This document shows, one piece after another, positions 32,566 to 42,300 of a DNA stretch of 64,000 bases; position 1 is the stretch's first letter; each line of letters starts with the position of its first letter. The translations under genes were made by a program, and so were the position numbers. Under the pieces are notes generated by a model, which was not told the origin of the DNA, searched no databases, and worked only from the letters and a program-made list of their open reading frames with translations. The DNA is from Planctomycetota bacterium (lineage in GTDB: Bacteria > Planctomycetota > UBA1135 > UBA2386): assembly GCA_046290465.1 (NCBI GenBank), contig JBKAGP010000001.1:1312001-1376000 (forward strand). Direction: 5' to 3'.

Positions 32566-33690
32566 CTATCCAGCCGCACCCAAGATGGCTGGTGGGAAAA
32601 CAGGCATCGGAAGGCCCGGCGGCCACATGGGATACCGGGTGATTAAGAACCAAATTACCAAGCCTACCACGATTCCGATTCCGATTGCCCACTTTAACCA
32701 GGTGGGCACAGCTGGCTCTGAAGGCTCCCACGGCTGACCGCCGCCTCCACCGCCTCCACCAGGGACAGACTCGGGAGCGGGGTCGGGTGCCGGATCGGGC
32801 TCAGGCTCTGGCCACGGGGCCGGCCCGGGACCCGGCTCGGGATGCGGAAGCTCTGGCGGCTCCTCGGGGAGTTCTGCACGCTCCCCTCGCGGCGGCCACG
32901 GCACACCCATGGGAATACAGCGACAAAACCACTTCTTCAGATCGAACAGTTTGACGATCTCACAACGCCCTCGAGGGTGGCACGTCTGATTCACACAATA
33001 TACATCTCTGAAGTTAATACGCTCGCCAACACACTGAAACTCGGTGTGGTTATCGTGCTTCCATCCCTTCGGCGGGGTCCATATCTCAGAATCCCCCGGG
33101 CCGCGCATTGGCCCCGGCCCGATTGGTAGCAACACCTTGCCAGCCAACACCTGCGCTAGCCCCGGGCGAAGCAACCGAATCACGGAGGGGCTAACCTCCC
33201 CAGCACGCCCCACGTAGCGACCCAGGTCGGTCCGCTGCCCGCCACCACCAGACATTTGAGCGATAGACCTCAGACTGACACGGTTTGGAATTACAATACG
33301 GCGGCCCGATGCCACCTGTTCTCGCGCAACCCGCACTGCCCTATCAATAATGCTCGGGAGGGCCACATCATGCAGCCCCATAGAGTCGAGCACTTTTGCA
33401 GCTGCCCCGACGATATCCACCCTTGCCTTCGCTCGACGACCAGATTCGCGTGGCTCGGCAGCCCCACCGAATGGACGCCTGCATGCACAATCACTCGAAC
33501 CATCGCAACCACAGGCATCAATGCCGACACAAGATTCACCAAGATGCGACTGCCTGCGCCCCACATTCCACACACTCTTCCCGAACTGCGGATACTCACG
33601 CCCCACAGCCCCAATGTCACTCAGCCCCATGGGCCCAGGCTCCATCGTTGCAGAGCCACCACAACCGCCTTCACCGTGATCGCAATCCAT
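32566..33690 (-). CDS. Hypothetical Cys-rich protein with a Pro/Glu-rich stalk and C-terminal TM helix
   Basis: SD GGAG; two Cys clusters; PEP/PAP-rich linker and a poly-Gly run; WLKWAIGIGIVVGLVIWFLI TM. Confidence 0.65.
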   Translation of the reverse strand: MDCDHGEGGCGGSATMEPGPMGLSDIGAVGREYPQFGKSVWNVGRRQSHLGESCVGIDACGCDGSSDCACRRPFGGAAEPRESGRRAKARVDIVGAAAKVLDSMGLHDVALPSIIDRAVRVAREQVASGRRIVIPNRVSLRSIAQMSGGGGQRTDLGRYVGRAGEVSPSVIRLLRPGLAQVLAGKVLLPIGPGPMRGPGDSEIWTPPKGWKHDNHTEFQCVGERINFRDVYCVNQTCHPRGRCEIVKLFDLKKWFCRCIPMGVPWPPRGERAELPEEPPELPHPEPGPGPAPWPEPEPDPAPDPAPESVPGGGGGGGGQPWEPSEPAVPTWLKWAIGIGIVVGLVIWFLITRYPMWPPGLPMPVFPPAILGAAG

Positions 33691-33779
33691 GACTATCGCT
33701 CCAGTCTAGTCGATTTCAGGAAACTGAGGGGCACCGGGCCCGAATCGCCCCCGACGCCCCAGGTGAGACACAACTAGAC

Positions 33780-34139
33780 CTAGCGGTCGGTCCGCCAGGA
33801 CGGCTGGAGTGCCCGGAACATCACGAAATTGGTGGTCCCTTTGGTCCCGCCAGTGCTGAACTTGTAGCGCACCAACTCCTGCATGGTGTTCGTGCTATCG
33901 TCGTTGACGGCGACCTTTACCCCCGACTGCCCCGAGGTGAACGTGACCGCTGTTGCGAGCAGAGTGCTTGGAGTCACGCTCTCCTTGGTGCGCGTCTCGA
34001 CCTGCCACGTCAGGCTGGCCGAGCTGTTCTCCAGCACCTCGACACCGAATGTCGCGAAGTCACCACGCACCGGCATCCACGGTGTGTAGACTGCGGTAAC
34101 GCCGGTATAGAGAATCTGTCCTTGAAGCTGATTTGTCAT
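33780..34139 (-). CDS. Small beta-rich protein, paralog 3 of 3
   Basis: SD AGAGGA then ATG; shares W-M-P-x-x-G, ELVRYKF and F-x4-P-x-W with its neighbours. Confidence 0.85.
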   Translation of the reverse strand: MTNQLQGQILYTGVTAVYTPWMPVRGDFATFGVEVLENSSASLTWQVETRTKESVTPSTLLATAVTFTSGQSGVKVAVNDDSTNTMQELVRYKFSTGGTKGTTNFVMFRALQPSWRTDR

Positions 34140-34147
34140 GGGATCCT

Positions 34148-34489
34148 CTAGTTGGGCGACCACAAGGGCTGAGACAGCTGGAAGTGCATGACTGCAGATC
34201 CGGTGCTGTTGACGACGCGATACCGAACAAGGTCTTGGGCATTAACGACCTTGAACTGGAACAGCCCTGGCGTCGTAGAATCTACAACCTGGCTGCCGAT
34301 AGACGATGCACCCGAGTCGTCTTCATCGCTCGACTTGGTGTCCAAGTGGACGGTGTATTGGTTGGCCGCCGACACGTAGAACACCTCAATCGCCGCAACA
34401 CCATCGTTGCCCCCTGCCGGCATCCAGAAACCCTCGTATTTCACGGCCCCGTCTGAGGCCACGGTCTCTCCGAGAAGAAGTGGGTCCAC
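34148..34489 (-). CDS. Small beta-rich protein, paralog 2 of 3
   Basis: SD GGAGG then GTG; FWMPAGG, DTK..DEDDS, DLVRYRV, HFQLSQPLWSPN. Confidence 0.85.
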   Translation of the reverse strand: MDPLLLGETVASDGAVKYEGFWMPAGGNDGVAAIEVFYVSAANQYTVHLDTKSSDEDDSGASSIGSQVVDSTTPGLFQFKVVNAQDLVRYRVVNSTGSAVMHFQLSQPLWSPN

Positions 34490-34498
34490 TTGATCCTC

Positions 34499-34852
34499 CT
34501 AGTTTGGCTGCCAAATTGGCGCGTTTGAACGAAAGTGGATCCACGCCGCAGTGGACTCACCATCTCCTGATGCCGTGAACTTGAAGCGGACAAGCTCCTT
34601 GGCGGCCGAGGGGTTGATTGTGCCCAACTCTGGCCACGCAGTCCCATTGATTGTCACACTTCCCGTCAAACCCGTGGCGGAACTGTCCGCATCCTCGGCG
34701 TTTTTAGTCTCAGCCTCACAAACAAGGCTGTAAGGCGACATCGCCTCGATGACTTCAAAGACCCCCGTAAATGCATCCCCTTGCCGGGGAAACCACGGGG
34801 AATAGTAGGTCGCACCAGGCCCCGGGGCGAATACTGTTTGCCCGATCAGCAT
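34499..34852 (-). CDS. Small beta-rich protein, paralog 1 of 3
   Basis: SD GAGGAG then ATG; PWFPRQG, ETKNAEDADS, ELVRFKF, HFRSNAPIWQPN. Confidence 0.85.
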   Translation of the reverse strand: MLIGQTVFAPGPGATYYSPWFPRQGDAFTGVFEVIEAMSPYSLVCEAETKNAEDADSSATGLTGSVTINGTAWPELGTINPSAAKELVRFKFTASGDGESTAAWIHFRSNAPIWQPN

Positions 34853-34907
34853 CGAACTCTCCTCTAACCGATCCTAGCGAGTGCGCACACCTCAGCGTGC
34901 GGTCGGC

Positions 34908-34969
34908 AGCCTCGGCGCCACCGACAAGAGCATCCTAGAGCCTCGGCGCCACCGACAAGAGCATCCTAG
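34908..34969. repeat. Perfect 31-bp tandem duplication upstream of the paralog operon
   Basis: AGCCTCGGCGCCACCGACAAGAGCATCCTAG x2 (34908-34938 and 34939-34969). Confidence 0.92.
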
Positions 34970-35028
34970 CCGGCACCGGAACTGCTTTTACACGGCAATA
35001 GTCCCCAGTCCGACCACCGGCCCTACCG

Positions 35029-35048
35029 ACCGGACAGATCTGTCTGGT
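35029..35048. promoter_or_regulatory. 20-bp near-perfect palindrome, candidate operator
   Basis: ACC-G-GACAGATCTGTC-T-GGT: perfect 12-bp core with one mismatched pair. Confidence 0.45.
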
Positions 35049-35070
35049 TGATCACACAATCTAGCACTGA

Positions 35071-35520
35071 TTGAGCCGTCGCACACAAGCGGCGACGCGA
35101 CTCAGACACGAACCAGACATCCTTGACACAACAGGACTCACGCGGCCCGCCCCCATCGCGCACCAGGGCTGCCGATACAGCAGAACGCATGTCGGAGATG
35201 GACCGGCGCTACGCGCCATCATCCACCACAGCGCGCAGCCCAGACAGCATCTCCCGGCGAGCCCTCTCGCTGAGTCGGCCAAGCGCCAGCAGCTGCCTCA
35301 CCGCCCCCAGGACCTCCAAGTGGTCGCTAGGCCCACGGACGCCCGGCACACCTCGGCGCTCGCGATCAAGCTCCTGCGCCACGTCGATGACGTGCGCCGC
35401 CACCTCCTCGGCCGCCTCACGAACCTGCTGACCCAAGCGCACTATCGAGCCCACCACGCCAGCCTGGGCGGCCAGCTCGCTCTCAACTGCAACGTGGGCG
35501 GGCACGGGCGGACGCTGTGA
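35071..35520 (+). CDS. Possible hypothetical protein
   Basis: 149-aa ORF with a TTG start and a helical C-terminal half; no motif recognised. Confidence 0.3.
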   Translation: MSRRTQAATRLRHEPDILDTTGLTRPAPIAHQGCRYSRTHVGDGPALRAIIHHSAQPRQHLPASPLAESAKRQQLPHRPQDLQVVARPTDARHTSALAIKLLRHVDDVRRHLLGRLTNLLTQAHYRAHHASLGGQLALNCNVGGHGRTL

Positions 35521-35639
35521 ATCGCCGCCGCTGCTCGCTCGGGGCGCGGGCTGGTGGCCAGAATCGACGCTGCCACGCCCCAAGGCACCACGACCATCAT
35601 CCATGGAGGAAGGACAGGAATCGGCAAAGACAGCGACCC

Positions 35640-35939
35640 TCATGCCGCACCTCCCGCAGCCGGGCGACAGCTGATGCTGAAGACCGAAGCGCCGCTGGCA
35701 TCTCGCAGGTCGCAGCATGCAGCAACACCGAAGCGACCGGCGATGCTGTGGGCAACCACTCTGCAGTGGCTCTTCGCTTGACCGAGAGCCCCCTCGAAGG
35801 GGCCACGGACTGCTGGCTCCAAACGCCCCGAGCCACCTAGGCGGCTGCACAGAACGTGAAAGATGGACGGCTCTTGGGCCGCCAGATCGCTCGGCGCGGA
35901 TTTGATCCGCAGAGCGCTGGACGTAGTGTCGGCAGTCAT
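35640..35939 (-). CDS. Possible small hypothetical protein
   Basis: SD AGGAG before the ATG, preceded by a GC-rich hairpin at 35973-36004. Confidence 0.35.
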   Translation of the reverse strand: MTADTTSSALRIKSAPSDLAAQEPSIFHVLCSRLGGSGRLEPAVRGPFEGALGQAKSHCRVVAHSIAGRFGVAACCDLRDASGASVFSISCRPAAGGAA

Positions 35940-36153
35940 GACTGTCTCCTGGCTATACAGGGGGTGGTCTAGGGCTCTGGCCGGGCTGCAACCCGGCTGG
36001 AGCCTGCTTCATCCCGTTGGATGATGGCTCGACCCTTAGCAGGCGTGAGGGGTCGTTGTCAAGGGCTGGTCGGCGCCCCCAACCCCACCGACGCCACCAC
36101 TCGCTGGTGCAGCGGCTGCACCCAACGAGGACGTGTCTGCTCCAGCGATGGCG

Positions 36154-36630
36154 TCAGATGCCCTTGACCAGATGTGAGGTGGCTGCGTCCGCGATCTCCT
36201 TCGCGGTCATCGGCACCATAGCGTGGTCCAGTCCGGCCACCCAGTCCTCGATGTCCTTGCGGCGCCACAGCTGCTTCGAGAGCCGGGTGAAGCGGACGGG
36301 GGCCGGCGCCTCTCCGTAGGTCACCAGCCGCTGCCAGGACTGGATGCCCATTCCACTCAGGTGGGCAGCTGTCTTCGCATCGACCAGGAGCGGAGACTCT
36401 CGCTGGGAGCTGCGCGCACCCCTTGCTGGCGTCCTTGCCGGATCCTGACCGCCCATGTCGCCCCTGGATGCTCGCGCGACGCCTACGCTTGGCAACCTCT
36501 CCCGAATGGCGCCCGCTCCCCCTGCGATCTCAACTGCGTCGCCCAAGATCCGGACGAGCAAACGCAGCCTCCTCGCCAGGACTGCGGTCTCGGCGGGCGG
36601 GCCCTGGGCGGCATGCCGTTCGTTGCTCAT
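36154..36630 (-). CDS. AlpA/excisionase-like HTH protein (second copy)
   Basis: LLVDAKTAAHLSGM...GEAPAPVRF...LWRRKDIEDWVAG matches the AlpA-type winged HTH pattern. Confidence 0.75.
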   Translation of the reverse strand: MSNERHAAQGPPAETAVLARRLRLLVRILGDAVEIAGGAGAIRERLPSVGVARASRGDMGGQDPARTPARGARSSQRESPLLVDAKTAAHLSGMGIQSWQRLVTYGEAPAPVRFTRLSKQLWRRKDIEDWVAGLDHAMVPMTAKEIADAATSHLVKGI

Positions 36631-36724
36631 CGGGGCGGAGCCTACAAGCTGAGACGAGGAACACGCCGCCGGAACGAGAACTTCCATACTTCAACTGGCC
36701 GGCGGCTCATGCTATTGCGAAGGA

Positions 36725-37294
36725 ATGAGGAAGAAGACCGCTGCCGACACCGCGGCCAAGCCAGCTACGAGCGTGCTGCGTCCCCTGGTCGCCTTGGGGC
36801 TACTCGGGGCCCTGGGAGCCTGCCATGGACCACTGCGCCAAACCGACGCCGATGGCTGGCACACCTGGGGTGGACCACCACCACCACCGCTCCACCGGCC
36901 AAACCTCGGTGAACAGGTCCTGCTCTACCTGCCGAACAGGCTCGTGGACTTGGCGGAGATCGTCTCGGTCTCGTTCGGGGTGGGAGTCAGCCCCGGGGTA
37001 GATCTGCGGGTAACCCAATGGGGCCAATTCGCCCTCCAGGCAGGAGCAGGAGCAGGGTTCCAGTGGGACGACAGAGCGACCGACCCCAGGATAGCCACCG
37101 CCTATGCAACGGCGGCTGTGGGACCATGGAGAGCCGGAGCCGGCACAGGCCGGGTGGCGAGCGTGGGCGCATGGGAGGTCGCCGTAGGGCTTGGAGGCCA
37201 GAAGTTCGGGGTTGACCTTGCAGAGGCGGCGGACTTTCTGCTGGGGTGGTTCTTCATCGATATCCAAGGGGATGACTATGGTTGGGTCCGATAG
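36725..37294 (+). CDS. Hypothetical lipoprotein
   Basis: Hydrophobic stretch and lipobox LGAC; Gly-rich beta segments; C-terminal DFLLGWFFIDIQGDD. Confidence 0.7.
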   Translation: MRKKTAADTAAKPATSVLRPLVALGLLGALGACHGPLRQTDADGWHTWGGPPPPPLHRPNLGEQVLLYLPNRLVDLAEIVSVSFGVGVSPGVDLRVTQWGQFALQAGAGAGFQWDDRATDPRIATAYATAAVGPWRAGAGTGRVASVGAWEVAVGLGGQKFGVDLAEAADFLLGWFFIDIQGDDYGWVR

Positions 37295-38339
37295 CCAGCC
37301 CGAAGGCGCCCCAGACACTGCGAGCAAGGACCGCGACGACACAGCCAGAGCGCCTAACCGGGACTCATCAGAATTCCTGACCAAGGGAGATCCTGAGCAC
37401 TACGAAATAGCGGCGAGAGGCACAGCTGCCCTCAAGGCATGGGCAGCTCGCAACCCTGGATTCCCCCTCTCTCTCCGCTTGACAGGTGCGATGATGCCTT
37501 TGGCCCAACTGCGCGGAGCACCCCTCACGTTGGCGGATCTTTCGCATGCGACCCTGTCACATGCTGACCTGAGCAATGCGAACCTGACAGCCGCAAGCCT
37601 CCAGGGGGCCGATCTTGCGAAGGCAAATCTGAGTGGCGCAAACCTAACGAGGGCAACACTCAGCGGCGCCGACCTATCCTGCACGGATCTGCGCGGAGCG
37701 AATCTGAAGCACGCCGACCTCAGCGAAGCCGACCTGAGGAGACCGCCTATCGGCCTCATCCTCGACTGTCAGGACATTCGCGGCACCCGCTTCTCACCCC
37801 GGGCACCAGATCCATGGTCAGTTCTCCGACGCGAATACACCGGGCCTCGCCTCCTCTTCCACCTGCTCTTGCTGGTCGCGTTTCTGTCTCGCTATCTGAT
37901 ACGTGCCGCGAAGTGGTCGGCCTGGGAGCATGTCCAGCCGCACTTAGAGAATGGCGATTGCCATTGGATCGCATGGCAGTTGACCGGAGGACCGGGGGCA
38001 GGCATGGCTACCGCGTTCGAAATCATGAGCAAGCAGGTGGCGCTGACGAACTCGTGGCCCCGGTGGCAGCTACTCCTCGGGTGGGACCTGGGCAACTTGG
38101 CAGTCGCCACGTCAGCAATACTGATCGCCTACAATGCCACGCGACTGGTCCTGACCTATCGACTGTCGGCAGTCCGCGATGCCGAGGAACGATCCAACTT
38201 CGCCCCGGCGCGAGAGGACTATTGGCGGTGGTGGCTGGCCCACAGGTGGTTCATGCGCTGGGTAGTATGGTTCGCGACCCTATCGGCAGCAGGTCATATT
38301 ATCCCCTGGCTACTGGAGACGATCACCAGACCTCACTGA
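37272..38339 (+). CDS. Pentapeptide-repeat protein with C-terminal TM helices
   Basis: Run of A(D/N)LSxA pentapeptide repeats followed by about 3 hydrophobic helices. Confidence 0.85.
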   Translation: MTMVGSDSQPEGAPDTASKDRDDTARAPNRDSSEFLTKGDPEHYEIAARGTAALKAWAARNPGFPLSLRLTGAMMPLAQLRGAPLTLADLSHATLSHADLSNANLTAASLQGADLAKANLSGANLTRATLSGADLSCTDLRGANLKHADLSEADLRRPPIGLILDCQDIRGTRFSPRAPDPWSVLRREYTGPRLLFHLLLLVAFLSRYLIRAAKWSAWEHVQPHLENGDCHWIAWQLTGGPGAGMATAFEIMSKQVALTNSWPRWQLLLGWDLGNLAVATSAILIAYNATRLVLTYRLSAVRDAEERSNFAPAREDYWRWWLAHRWFMRWVVWFATLSAAGHIIPWLLETITRPH

Positions 38340-38410
38340 TTGTGACAGGGACCGACCCGAAGGAGAGGGCCGCACGAAGCCGAAGTGCGCAGATGCAGAG
38401 CAACGACAGC

Positions 38411-38839
38411 TCATCTCGCCGGCTTGTCGACCCACCTGACTCGGTCCTTCCCCAGGACCAGCACGTCTCCCCGCCTGACGATGACCTCCCGTAGGACCTG
38501 GCGTCGCTGCTGGTCGATGCGGTAGCGAGCACAGTCCGCCTTCGCCCGGACCACGATCCCCTCTGCGACCTCCCCGAGGACCCGCATGCGGAACAGGCCA
38601 TCGTGCCGAACATCGCCATCCAGCCGAACCACGACCACCTCCCCCGCCGCGAACCGCCGAGCACGCGGCTCGGAGGCCGTAGTGGAATGGCCGCAGGTTG
38701 AGACGAGCGTGTAGCTGGCCCGCTCCGGCCTGAACAGGTCCGAGAGGTTGCGGAGCGGAGAGCCCAGGGCCTGGAGCAGGGCGCAGAGGGCTTGCTCGGG
38801 GTTGACAGGACGAGAGAGATCGTTGGCGGGTCGCTTCAT
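38411..38839 (-). CDS. Hypothetical protein
   Basis: 142-aa ORF with SD GGAGG and a beta-rich C-terminal half. Confidence 0.5.
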   Translation of the reverse strand: MKRPANDLSRPVNPEQALCALLQALGSPLRNLSDLFRPERASYTLVSTCGHSTTASEPRARRFAAGEVVVVRLDGDVRHDGLFRMRVLGEVAEGIVVRAKADCARYRIDQQRRQVLREVIVRRGDVLVLGKDRVRWVDKPAR

Positions 38840-39335
38840 GATCCTCCACAGGTAGCCGAAGCCGCCTCAGGACCAGCGAACCCACCTCCTCGAAGAGAAA
38901 CACCAACCCTCGAATCGCCCCCAACTCACCGCCACCCACCACCCACCTCGACCCCCGAGGCCCCAGCATCCAACAAGCGAGTCCTCAGGACCCCGCTCGG
39001 CGGCTCAACCGATGCCCGGCAGGCAACCGGAACCCAGCTCGACCACCTGCTACCGACCACCGCCCAGCCCCGAACGGGGCCGCCGACCTGAGAGGCTCTC
39101 AGACCGCCTGTAATGCCGCGTATTTCGCGCCGCCTCCATGGCACCCGTAGCAAGAGATCGTCAATTCTAGACCCATTCGAGGCGCCCTCACGAGCCGCGG
39201 CCGACAGTGGCCAGACTTCCATCAAGCCACGGTCATCCTGCGGGATATCCCAGGTGGTTATTAGTGGTATTGGATGGGGTGCTCTGGTGGGTAGTGGACG
39301 TGTTTTTGGTGGATGATCTATGGGGCCCGATGGCC

Positions 39336-42300
39336 TTAGGAGCCACTGGCCACCACCGAGTCCATCTCCTCCACGACTTCACTCAGGGCCTGCTGGACCT
39401 TCAGGAAGTTCCTCTTGGAGTCTGCTCGGGTTGTGGTGGGGATTCCCTCGTGATTCCGCAGCCGCCTGAGACACCTCTGGACGGTGGAGCTGGATAGCCT
39501 GGTTCTGGTCTCGATGATCTGCTTGATGGTCTTCCTCTTCCTCTCGTGCCTCCACCCGGGAGCCAGGACATCAGATACGACAGGGTGGTCAACTAGGTCA
39601 GTTAACGACCCCCCATCCCCCATATCCTCTACCCCCTTAGGGTCCCGAGAATAACTGACCCCCCTACCTCTGAAGCTGGAGGAACCAGAGGGAGAGCTAT
39701 CAACACCCCCCAGGCCCCTTAATAGGGATTCAGTAGCCCTGAGGCTCGGAGGATCTCCATCAAGATCCACCACCCAATCCTTGAGGACCTTCTCGTGGAT
39801 CTCGGTGGTGGTCGTGGCGGGGCCTCTATCGAGGACCTGGCGGACCAGATCCCGGTGCCGGAGGGCCCTCGGCCCGCTGGACCACGTCAGCATCAGCCCC
39901 TCCGGGTCCCTCAGCAGATCCAGCCCGACCACCTCTACCTCTTCGGTCGCCTCCACTCCCTCCACCGGGTCGCTGTCGAACAGGACGATGGTCGACGAAG
40001 GGTTGGTCATCGGCCGGCACCGACCCACGGCATTGACCATGAGCTGAGCCTCCAGTGTCCTGTAGACCTGTCGGGCCCTGGGGTCCCGAGGCACCTTGAG
40101 CCCGTAAGAACGCTGAGCAGCCGGGCACCACCGTCGCTCCCAGCGGACCAACGACTCGGCAGCCTCCGACGCCTCCAGCGGACTCATTGGCAGCCCGAGC
40201 ACACCCTCCATGGCAGCGGTCAGCCAAGCACACTCGGCGGGATGGGGTCGATACCGCTGCACCAGCATCACCTCGGCATGATCGAAGGTGTTGGTCCCCG
40301 CGTGGTGCGAGTTGTAGTAGCCAACCCTGCTGCCGTGCTCTTCCAGGGACGGGGCCAGGTGCTCAAAGCTCACCTTCGTGGTCAACACGCCGAGACCGTT
40401 GCCAAAGGACTGAGACAGGCCGCTGGCGACCAGCCGGAACAGCTCGTCGGACTTACTCGGCTCCTGACCAACGGGGGCACCTCGACCCTTGTAACCCCTC
40501 GGCAGCTTGAGCCGGACAATTCGGTTGCTCAGGCTCCACTCGGCGTGCCTTCTCTCGATGCCCAGAGCCTGGACGACGAACTCCATCATGGGCCCGACGC
40601 TGAGCCACAGACACCTGCCCTGCTGGGCCTTGTCGATCACGAGGGTATTGGCCTCGGCCACGATGAGCTTCCCGCTCTTGCCCCGCTTGACGGCTCCCGG
40701 CCGCCCCTCCACGGCCTGACGCAGCAGACCAAACAGCCGCAGGGAGAACGCGGGTTGGTCGGGTTTCGACTCCCAGGGCATAGCGCTTCCAGCGCCAGTC
40801 TCACAATCGGCTACCAAGCCACGCTGCCCCTCGGACATCGAGCCTGCGAAGTGGGCCAGCCGATCGACTCCACCGTCATCGTCCAGCAAGCACCCGACCA
40901 CATCGCGCAGCAGGCCGCCCAACCGCACCAGCTCGGAGCTTGCTGCTGGATGATCTGCCAGCCACCGGCCGATTCGATCCCTGTAGTCGTCCAGCGGACC
41001 ACGGTGGAACTCCGAGTCCGTGAACAGCCCGAACTCGGCCCCCGGATCGTCGAGAATCAGAACGGCGTCATCTCGCCCCGCCTGCTCCAGCGCCGGCCTC
41101 AGGTGCCTGAGGTAGTCGATCGTCGTTACGACCAGCGACGGGCCGTCCTCAGAGATCGCCGCATGAGCGGCCTCCTGGCCCTTCAGGTATTGGCACTCCC
41201 TGGCGTGCTGGCTATCGCCTCGACAGCTTGTCCTGCCCAGCTGTGCCCGCCTCTCGTAGACGCTGCTCGCCGCGAACGAGCAATAGAACGGGCCATCGGG
41301 GTCCTTGCCGCGACCCATGGCCACTGCCAGCCGCGCGCCCGCTGCCAACAGCTGGTCCTCCAATGGCCCCTCCCCCATGTCGCCGCAGACCTCGTTGACC
41401 CGAGCCCGCTTGGCCACAGCCATAATGACCGTGCCGACCCGCCCCTCGCCCAGCAGCTCCACCGCCCAGGCCCTGGCCGTGCGGGTCTTCGAAAGCCCTG
41501 GAGGGCCGGAGAACGCGACCGACCGAGTGCCCGGCTCGAAGCTGACACCTGACCGTGCGATCTCCTGCAGGGCCTCGGGTTGACCAGACCGAGCAACGGG
41601 CAAAGTCGTCTCGATCTTCGGGGGCGCCTCTGCGGCGTGTAGATCGACCATCGGCCAGCCGGCTGCCTTGGCCCACCCCGCGACCGCTTCCAGGGTCAAG
41701 TCGCCATCCTCGTTGAAGCAGTCCCACTGACGCACGATCTCCGCGGAATCGTAGCTGTCCGGGCTCTGCTGGCTCCACTGATCCCATAGCTGCTGCCCGC
41801 CCGAGGATCCTCCGAATCCTTGGTGCAGGCCCATCCCGACATAAAGCCACGTCAGCCGGTCACTGTGACCCGAGAGGTGATCCAGCATTTCCCGCACGAC
41901 CTCGATATTCGGCGACCTTCCATATCGCTCGCTCTTTGGGTTCGGTCGATGATTGCGCCGTTCGACCTGGGGCACGGACAGCATGCTCAACAGAGGCGCT
42001 GGGATCGGCTCGATGCCGACCTCATAGACCGACCGTCCTGCCGCCCACGCGTAGCCCCCGCCGGATTGGTGGGGCGATGGAGGCGCGACGACCGGCTTCT
42101 TCCCCGTCTGAAGGTCGATGCCAGGATACCGCTTGGCGAAGCCACTCGGCTTGATGCCCTGGGCAGACCCCGCGGGCAGCCTCAGGTAGATGTGCATCGC
42201 ACCGTTGGCAGTCATGGCGGTGGCGGTGTTCATAGGAAGATCCACGCCCAGGTCTTTGCAGAGCTGCGCCAGAGAGGCCCGACCATCCTTCCCGTTCTTC

